A stretch of 34,970 nt of DNA, taken from positions 1 through 34,970 of the forward strand of contig JBGFSC010000024.1 of assembly GCA_041694815.1 (NCBI GenBank), in the 5' to 3' direction. This DNA comes from Elusimicrobiota bacterium. Lineage in GTDB: Bacteria; Elusimicrobiota; Elusimicrobia; UBA1565; JACRDR01. Within the stretch, counting starts at the first letter, position 1, and each line of letters opens with the position of its first letter. The notes under the pieces are model-generated. The model did not search any database, was not told where the DNA came from, and was given only the letters and a program-made list of their open reading frames with translations. Positions 1 through 6,117 of this stretch are shown in pieces. The translations under genes and the position numbers were made by a program.

Positions 1-31
1 GGTGGCCGAACAACGTGTTATAATGGGACAT
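1..31 (-). CDS. N-terminus (MSHYNTLFGH...) of a probable IS4-family (DUF4372-type) transposase, partial
   Basis: ATG at 31 with GGAGGA just upstream. The peptide resembles the M-x-H-x-N-T-x-F-x-Q/H-L starts of DUF4372 IS4 transposases. Only 10 codons are visible. Confidence 0.6.
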   Translation of the reverse strand, partial: MSHYNTLFGH

Positions 32-119
32 AAGAATCCTCCGTCGGTAAGATGGTTCCTGAACAAAACCATTCTACCAATCAGACGGGGGATTCTCTAT
101 TTTTCTTGGGACACTACTG
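1..119 (-). mobile_element. Left end of a probable IS4-family insertion sequence, truncated by the window edge
   Basis: The minus strand from 119 reads CAGTAGTGTCCCAAGAAAAA, resembling IS4-type terminal inverted repeats. It is followed by TGGTAGAAT (extended -10), a long hairpin (33-96), a GGAGGA RBS and an ATG at 31. The right end is not visible. Confidence 0.65.
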
Positions 120-143
120 CCCTTGGCCCCGGGCCGTTTCCCA

Positions 144-172
144 TTGACAAAGCAAGGGGTCGGGGCTACACT
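144..172 (+). promoter_or_regulatory. Sigma70-type promoter, probably giving a leaderless transcript
   Basis: TTGACA (144-149), 17 bp, TACACT (167-172), 6 bp, in-frame ATG at 179 with no RBS. Confidence 0.8.
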
Positions 173-178
173 AAAAAT

Positions 179-1420
179 ATGGCCCCAGTCGCCGTCGTCG
201 GCGCGCCTTCGCGGGATCCTATTCGCAAATACTGGTGGCTTCTATTGCTTTTTTTGCTAGCCCTGGGCGGCGGCTCTTCCCTCTGGACTTCCCGCGGCCA
301 GTCCCCGCTTCCGGGATTTTCGCTTAGCGACAGTTCCGAGCAGAACCTGGAAACGCTCGATGGGCTCGCGATCGGAGGCGCCCCGGGAACCCCGCTGAAT
401 CTCTTGATGGAGGGAAGCTATAAGAGGAAATCGAAAGACGGGACGACGCAGGGTTCTTCGCTCTACCAATCGCCGGCTTCAGCCGCGCGCATAGCCGGCT
501 CCGCGGAGACGGATTCCTCCGAAGGCGGTGAGCTGGGCATAGCCGGCGCGCTCAAGGGCTTAGCCGATATCGGCAAGCGTCCGGAGATCGGAAGCTCCGA
601 GAAACAATCTCCGTCCGCCGCCGCGCGCCCCTCGGGTGGCGGCGCCAAGCCGAAGGCCAAGTTTTCTCTTAGCGGATTCGGCGCCGCGGCCTCGGGTTCT
701 AGCTCCGCCGGCTTTTCCTTGCCGTCTCTTTCCGCTTTTTTATCGGGCCGCAGCGATCCCGTGGAGTTGCCGGCCCAGGCCTCGGTGCAGGTGAGGAAAA
801 ACCGCTTGGCCGGCAACCGCAGCTTCGACTCCCTGCGGGAGGTGCAGGCCCTGACCGCCCGCGCCTCGAGCTACGGCGCCGAGCTGGCCGCCGACATGGG
901 ATCGCAAGGCTACGATGCCGGAGCCAGCCCGCAATCCGCCAACGCCAAGGGACCGGCCGTCGAGATCGATCTTCCGGCGGAGCGTTCAGCGCCCGCGCCG
1001 ACTGCTAAGAACCTGAAAAAAGACGATCCTGAACCTAAAAAGAAGGAAGCCAAGCAGCCGGAGCTTCCCAAACCCCAATTGAGCCGACAGGAGATGATGA
1101 ACCGGCAGATATCCATGATGCTGATCCAGACCGCGATGGCCGGAATCCTGGGGCCGGCGATGAGCGCCATGGGGATGCAGGTGGCCGGCATGCTGTTCGG
1201 CCGCTCCGCCGCCTATATGGGAGCCTACGGTGGCATGGCCGGGATGGGCATGATGAACCCCATGATGATGAGCATGATGGGCCTGGGCGCGGGAAGCGGG
1301 TTCGGCTTCGGCACGCCGTATTACACCGGGCTAGGGGGCGCCAGTTACGCCGGGATGGGCAGCCAATATTATAACCCCTATTTGAGCAATCATATCCAAA
1401 ACCAGGTGGCCTACCAATGA
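179..1420 (+). CDS. Gly/Ser/Ala-rich membrane-anchored hypothetical protein with Met/Gly/Tyr-rich tail (cluster member 1)
   Basis: Start moved from 2 to 179 because the upstream part is IS end and promoter. N-terminal hydrophobic helix (KYWWLLLLFLLALGGG), low-complexity body, Lys/Pro linker, hydrophobic C-terminal segment. Stop overlaps the next start (ATGA). Confidence 0.8.
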   Translation: MAPVAVVGAPSRDPIRKYWWLLLLFLLALGGGSSLWTSRGQSPLPGFSLSDSSEQNLETLDGLAIGGAPGTPLNLLMEGSYKRKSKDGTTQGSSLYQSPASAARIAGSAETDSSEGGELGIAGALKGLADIGKRPEIGSSEKQSPSAAARPSGGGAKPKAKFSLSGFGAAASGSSSAGFSLPSLSAFLSGRSDPVELPAQASVQVRKNRLAGNRSFDSLREVQALTARASSYGAELAADMGSQGYDAGASPQSANAKGPAVEIDLPAERSAPAPTAKNLKKDDPEPKKKEAKQPELPKPQLSRQEMMNRQISMMLIQTAMAGILGPAMSAMGMQVAGMLFGRSAAYMGAYGGMAGMGMMNPMMMSMMGLGAGSGFGFGTPYYTGLGGASYAGMGSQYYNPYLSNHIQNQVAYQ

Positions 1421-3078
1421 GCGAGGAAAATCAAGAACCCGAGATCGCTCCGGTCGTGCTCCGTCCCGACGCCGAGCGAGAAAAAAATCGAGGATGGCTG
1501 GCCTCCCTGCTGCTCAAATTCGGCATCCCGGCCGGTTCTTCCTATAAGGGAGGCGCCGGTCTGGCGGCGAGCGTGCTGGCCAGCAAGGCCGGCATCGTGG
1601 CCCTTATCCTGGCGGGCACCACGGTCGCCGCCGGCATCGGGGTGATCGGCCCCAGCCTTTGGTCTCCCCGCGGCGTCGAGGATCAGGCGCTCATGTCCTC
1701 CATTTTTACGGAGGCCCGGCTCAAGGCAGGGGCCTCCGGCGAGTCCGCCTCCGCCGCGGATAAATCCCAGCCCGCGTCCTCGTTGGATTACTGGAACAGG
1801 GACAATGCTTCGGCTGGCTCCGCCGAAAGCGGGGCTCAGGCTGCGGGGGATGAGGCTTCCGGCTCCGGGTCGGGTGGCTCCGAGGTGGAGTCCAAATCGG
1901 GCGCCAACGCTTCCCAGGTCGCATCCAACGTCACCGGTGCCAAGGCCCAATTGTCCAAAAGCCCTAGTTTCTCCAATCCCGCGACCTCCGGAGGGTCGAT
2001 GTTCGCGCAGGGGCAGGCTCAGCCCGCCGGCGGCGGATCGCCTTCGATGCGCGGAGCCCTGGGGGGAACCAGCGCCTTCCCCGTCAACCGCGCCCGCGAT
2101 TCGGGAGGGGGCGGTAAGCGCGCGCTGCTTCCTTCGGGAGCCTTGAACGCCTTGGGCCAGGCCGGCGCCGCGAAAACCGTGGGCCAGAACGCCGCCGGCT
2201 CCGCCCAGACCTCGATGCAGAACGCGGGGACTCCCTTCGACGCCGGCGCCGCCGCGGCGGGGGGCGCCTTGATCGGGGCGGGGAGGCTTTCCGGCGGGCC
2301 CGATTCCAAGCCGGGGCCCAATCCGGAGGCCAAGCTAAAGGATCTTCCCGCGCCGCCCAAACCCAAGCCGATCGAGGCGCCCCCTCCGTATCAGTGGGCG
2401 TTCAATGCGGCCCTGGCCGCGCTCGCCGCCGCGGTGGGATTCCTGCTGCTAGCTAAGATGATGTCGGGAAATCTTCTTTGGGCACGCGTCTTCGCGGGCA
2501 TGGCGACCGTGGCGGCCCTGACGGCCACGAGCATGGGCGCGCTCATCGCAACCAGCTATGGGCAGATGATGGAAGGTCTCGGGATCGCCGGCGCCGGTGG
2601 CGTGTTGGCTTTCATGGCCATGAATACGCTGAGTAATATCAACAAGGAGGCGAAGGCGGAGATGGCCAAGCGCGCGGCCGCCTTGAAACAGGAGGCGGCC
2701 AGGAAGCTGGCTGGCAAGCAATTCGTCGCGGAGATAGACGCCAAGGCGAAGCAATTGGCCTTGCCGGCCAATATTCCGAATCGGCCCCGTTTGGCTCCAC
2801 TGACAAAACCCGGACAAGTGCCAACGGCGCCCGCGACACCTGTGGCGCCGGCGGCTAGTTCCCCGCCATCAATCCCGTCCACAGTGTCGAAGCCGGTCTC
2901 AGCCGAGCAAAGCGTTGACATTCTAAAAAGGGCGTCCGCATCAAGGCCGCCTTCCGGCTCCGAAGGAACAGTGGATATTTTGAAGGAGGCTTCTAAATCC
3001 AGGCCACCCTCTGGACCGGATGGAACCGTTGATATTTTGAAGAAAGTCTCCGACGCCTCAAAATCTAATTTACCGTAA
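1417..3078 (+). CDS. Gly/Ala/Ser-rich membrane protein: N-terminal TM, about 3 C-terminal hydrophobic helices, 19-aa repeats (cluster member 2)
   Basis: 553 aa ORF translationally coupled to the previous gene. SKAGIVALILAG TM, Pro-rich linker, hydrophobic helices after PPPYQW. Confidence 0.85.
   Translation: MSEENQEPEIAPVVLRPDAEREKNRGWLASLLLKFGIPAGSSYKGGAGLAASVLASKAGIVALILAGTTVAAGIGVIGPSLWSPRGVEDQALMSSIFTEARLKAGASGESASAADKSQPASSLDYWNRDNASAGSAESGAQAAGDEASGSGSGGSEVESKSGANASQVASNVTGAKAQLSKSPSFSNPATSGGSMFAQGQAQPAGGGSPSMRGALGGTSAFPVNRARDSGGGGKRALLPSGALNALGQAGAAKTVGQNAAGSAQTSMQNAGTPFDAGAAAAGGALIGAGRLSGGPDSKPGPNPEAKLKDLPAPPKPKPIEAPPPYQWAFNAALAALAAAVGFLLLAKMMSGNLLWARVFAGMATVAALTATSMGALIATSYGQMMEGLGIAGAGGVLAFMAMNTLSNINKEAKAEMAKRAAALKQEAARKLAGKQFVAEIDAKAKQLALPANIPNRPRLAPLTKPGQVPTAPATPVAPAASSPPSIPSTVSKPVSAEQSVDILKRASASRPPSGSEGTVDILKEASKSRPPSGPDGTVDILKKVSDASKSNLP
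2914..3060 (+). repeat. Degenerate 57-bp (19-aa) coding tandem repeat, about 2.5 copies
   Basis: Units start at 2914, 2971 and 3028: VDILKRASASRPPSGSEGT / VDILKEASKSRPPSGPDGT / VDILKKVSDAS. Confidence 0.85.
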
Positions 3079-3087
3079 GGTAACCTT

Positions 3088-4608
3088 TTACCAACTCTCG
3101 ATCGCTTCGCCGAACTCCGTCATCTTCTTTTCGATCGCTTGATCGATGGGGCCTATCTCGGGAAAGAGCCCCTTGACGAACTCGGAATTCCCGACGGCGT
3201 TGGGGGCCAGGCTGGATAAGGCCGGGAGGGCGAACCCTATGGTCCCGTACTTGATAAGCTTCGCTAGCCCCGGAATTTTCGCCAAGGCCGACAGCTTACC
3301 TTTATCCGGGAACTTGAACTGAGCGAATAGGTTGGAGGCCAGGATGGCGCCTCCGGCCGCGATGAACAGCATCCCCTGCAATCCTTGCCTGTTGAGCAAC
3401 AGGGCGGCGCCGATGCCCATCAGCGCGGCGCCGACGAGATTGGCGGCGGTCTTGGCCATCGGGTTAAATCGCGCCAAGATGGATAGCAGCACCCCCAGCA
3501 CGGCCAATCCCTTGCCCACGTTGATCATGACTTTAAAAGGCGTGAGGTCGGGGCCCGTGGGCGTGATGGGAGGAGGCTGCTGCTGAATCGGCGTAGAATT
3601 TGCATACAAGGGTCCGCCTTCTCCCGCATCGGCGATCGGCTTGGGCATGCTGGAGGCCACCCCCGCGTTGGGGCCGATGCCTCCGAGCGGAGTCCCGCCG
3701 CCGGTGATGTCCGGGGCGTTGGGATTGCTGCTGTCATAATGCTTGCCCTGTATCGCCTGCGCCGCCGTGGCGTTGCCCGCCTTGTTGGCGGCAAAATCAG
3801 GGGCCATCTGCTTCAAATGCGAGCCGGCCGCCGTGTTGACGGACCTGCCGCGGATGGACCAGACCCCGCCGACCGCGCGCCCCCGCGCGGGAGCGTTCGC
3901 CTTCGACTGGGTCTTGACCGAGGCGTCGGTAAACTCGCGGAGCTGTCCCATGGACTCGCCCTGCGGCCTCATGGAGCCGCCGAAGCGCCCCTCGAGCTCC
4001 GATAGCCCGCGCCCGTCGAGCCGCTGCGCGCGGCCGAAGCCTGCCGGGCCGCCCGCGCCCTTGGCGCCGGCCCCTTCCGCGGCGGCCGTGCCCTGGGCTT
4101 GGGCGATCGCCTCCGCGACCGCCTGGGCGTCCTGGGCATCCATGCCGGAGCCTCCCGTGGTGTTTCCTGATGCCTGCGGCGAGGGAGATTTGTCGCTCCC
4201 CGGCGCGCCGGCTCCGGCGCCGCCGCCGTTTTGCTCAAGCCCGCTGCCCGCGACATAGGACAGGCCGTCGGCGCGTCCGCCCGAGGAGCGGATCAAGGCT
4301 CCCGCCTCCGCGGGGCCGGAGAAAAGGGCGCGCAGGGAATTATGGCTTCTTGCGAGCTTCTCCTGGCGTATCATCTGCCGGCGCAGCGTCAGGCCCACGG
4401 CGGCGGAGGAGATCATCGTGCCGGCGATGATCGCCGTAAAGCCTAACTTACTGTTAAAAATGCGCCCGGCGGCGAGAAGCAGCGGGTGTGCGTAGAAGGG
4501 GGCGCCCACATTGGCGACGGGAAGTAGCGGCGCCCCGCCGCGTTTTTCCTTCTCCTCTTCGGGCTTGAATTGTTCTTTGAAATCCTGGGGATTTAGGGAG
4601 GGGTTCAT
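3088..4608 (-). CDS. Gly/Ala-rich membrane protein, paralog of 1417-3078 (cluster member 3)
   Basis: Start at ATG 4608 (MNPSLNP) with GGAGAG RBS. SKLGFTAIIAG TM, Pro-rich linker, then hydrophobic helices that align by eye with member 2. Confidence 0.85.
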   Translation of the reverse strand: MNPSLNPQDFKEQFKPEEEKEKRGGAPLLPVANVGAPFYAHPLLLAAGRIFNSKLGFTAIIAGTMISSAAVGLTLRRQMIRQEKLARSHNSLRALFSGPAEAGALIRSSGGRADGLSYVAGSGLEQNGGGAGAGAPGSDKSPSPQASGNTTGGSGMDAQDAQAVAEAIAQAQGTAAAEGAGAKGAGGPAGFGRAQRLDGRGLSELEGRFGGSMRPQGESMGQLREFTDASVKTQSKANAPARGRAVGGVWSIRGRSVNTAAGSHLKQMAPDFAANKAGNATAAQAIQGKHYDSSNPNAPDITGGGTPLGGIGPNAGVASSMPKPIADAGEGGPLYANSTPIQQQPPPITPTGPDLTPFKVMINVGKGLAVLGVLLSILARFNPMAKTAANLVGAALMGIGAALLLNRQGLQGMLFIAAGGAILASNLFAQFKFPDKGKLSALAKIPGLAKLIKYGTIGFALPALSSLAPNAVGNSEFVKGLFPEIGPIDQAIEKKMTEFGEAIESW

Positions 4609-4639
4609 GGGGTTCTCTCCTGCGGCACCCGGTCTTCTT

Positions 4640-4668
4640 AGTGTAGGGGACGGAGCATGACTTGTCAA
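4640..4668 (-). promoter_or_regulatory. Sigma70-type promoter for 3088-4608
   Basis: Minus strand TTGACA (4668-4663), 17 bp, TACACT (4645-4640). Confidence 0.8.
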
Positions 4669-4690
4669 GGGTGCCAGGAATTATTCGCCA

Positions 4691-4719
4691 TTGACAAGTC
4701 AAATGAAACGGCTTACACT
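4691..4719 (+). promoter_or_regulatory. Sigma70-type promoter, divergent partner, probably leaderless
   Basis: TTGACA (4691-4696), 17 bp, TACACT (4714-4719), 6 bp, in-frame GTG at 4726. Confidence 0.8.
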
Positions 4720-4725
4720 CATCGG

Positions 4726-6108
4726 GTGAGCTCTTTTTTCGAGCGCAATAAGGAAAAAAGCGCGCTGGCCGCGCTTCTTTTGCTGTTTCGCCGCGGCAAG
4801 GCCGGCCTCCTGCTGCTTTTGATCATCCTCGCCCTTTCGGGCGTGGTGGTCGTGCCGGGGAATTGGCGACTGGGCGGCTCGATGAGAAGCGCTTCGGGAA
4901 TATCGGGTCTGTTCGGCGGCTCGCTCGGCCGCGAGAGCTCCGAAAATTTCAGCTGGAACGCGTTATTCACGCGTTCGGCGCGCATGGACCCTTCCCGCTC
5001 CGGGGTCGATTATGTCGACGGCAAGCTTCCGGACCGGGCGCGCTACCGCGTGGCGGACGCGCGTAGCATCGCGGGCGTCTTCACTCCGGAGGACGCGGCG
5101 AAAAAACCGGACGGACTGGCTTTGACAAAGGAGGAGCTGGTGGCTGGCCTAGTCCGCTCGGCGGAGGCTGGCATGATCGCGGGGGGAGCTCCCGCCCGAA
5201 CGGGCGGCCCGATCGGCGTGGGCGCGCTCGATGGCCGCCGTGCCCTTGGTGATGTGTCGACTCCTTTGCCGGGGGATACCAATGTCAGCGCGACATTGCG
5301 CACGGTGTCGGTGCCCTCCATGACCCGCAGCCTTCAAGTCGGCGGCCCGGGGCGGCCGGGACGGATGCAGGCCTTCGGGCGCAACCAGGCCAAGTACAAG
5401 CTCTTGGCGAATTCGGGCCGCGGTCAGAAATGCATGACCAAGGACGGCGGGTACATCAAAAGCGAGGAGTGCAATGCCCTCGAGCAGCTAGCACAGGCAT
5501 ACGGTTATTCGGACGCCGCCAAGCCGGCCAGCAATAAGGAGTTCGGCGCCAAGGCGGCCGGCGCGGTGTTCGACGGCGGCATGCCGTCCGGCTCCTTGAT
5601 CGGCGCGCCCGGCGACGACGGCGCCTCCGTCGCCGATGAAGGGCAGATCAATACCTCGCTCAACAAGGCGCGGGAATACAAGGACAAGCTCGATGAATGC
5701 CAGGCGGTGATGCAGCGGGTATCGCAGAAGAAATCGGCCGCTTTCAAGGAGCTCGAGAAGCTCTCCTGCGAATTGGGCAGGCGGGGTATGGACAATGACG
5801 GGCGCAGGGGCGGCAAGGGCTGCGAGGGAATCCCTTATTCGGGCTGCGGCGAGGAGGAGATTTCCGATATGTACTTGGCGGGCGGCTGCATGGCAAAAAG
5901 GGACATCTGCCGGGACCTGCATAGGCGGATGCGCGAGCAATGCCGGACGATACAGGATGCGGAGGAAGAGATACTGACCCAATGCAAATTGGGAGAAAAA
6001 CGATACGTCAAGGGATCGAGCGAGTTTTATGGAGAAATCAACGCGTTCACCGGCGATAAGCAGCCGTTCGATCCCTGTACGAAGCCAGGACTGGATAAGA
6101 ATAATTAG
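4726..6108 (+). CDS. Membrane-anchored hypothetical protein with Cys-rich helical C-terminus (cluster member 4)
   Basis: Start reassigned to GTG 4726 from promoter geometry. GKAGLLLLLIILALSG TM, 11 Cys in the C-terminal half, shared ALEQL...FDGG motif. Confidence 0.8.
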   Translation: MSSFFERNKEKSALAALLLLFRRGKAGLLLLLIILALSGVVVVPGNWRLGGSMRSASGISGLFGGSLGRESSENFSWNALFTRSARMDPSRSGVDYVDGKLPDRARYRVADARSIAGVFTPEDAAKKPDGLALTKEELVAGLVRSAEAGMIAGGAPARTGGPIGVGALDGRRALGDVSTPLPGDTNVSATLRTVSVPSMTRSLQVGGPGRPGRMQAFGRNQAKYKLLANSGRGQKCMTKDGGYIKSEECNALEQLAQAYGYSDAAKPASNKEFGAKAAGAVFDGGMPSGSLIGAPGDDGASVADEGQINTSLNKAREYKDKLDECQAVMQRVSQKKSAAFKELEKLSCELGRRGMDNDGRRGGKGCEGIPYSGCGEEEISDMYLAGGCMAKRDICRDLHRRMREQCRTIQDAEEEILTQCKLGEKRYVKGSSEFYGEINAFTGDKQPFDPCTKPGLDKNN

Positions 6109-6117
6109 GAGACCCCC

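Noticed and set aside
2..178. N-terminal 59 codons of the 472-aa ORF
   Set aside because: The region is occupied by an IS end on the opposite strand and a consensus promoter. ATG 179 fits better.
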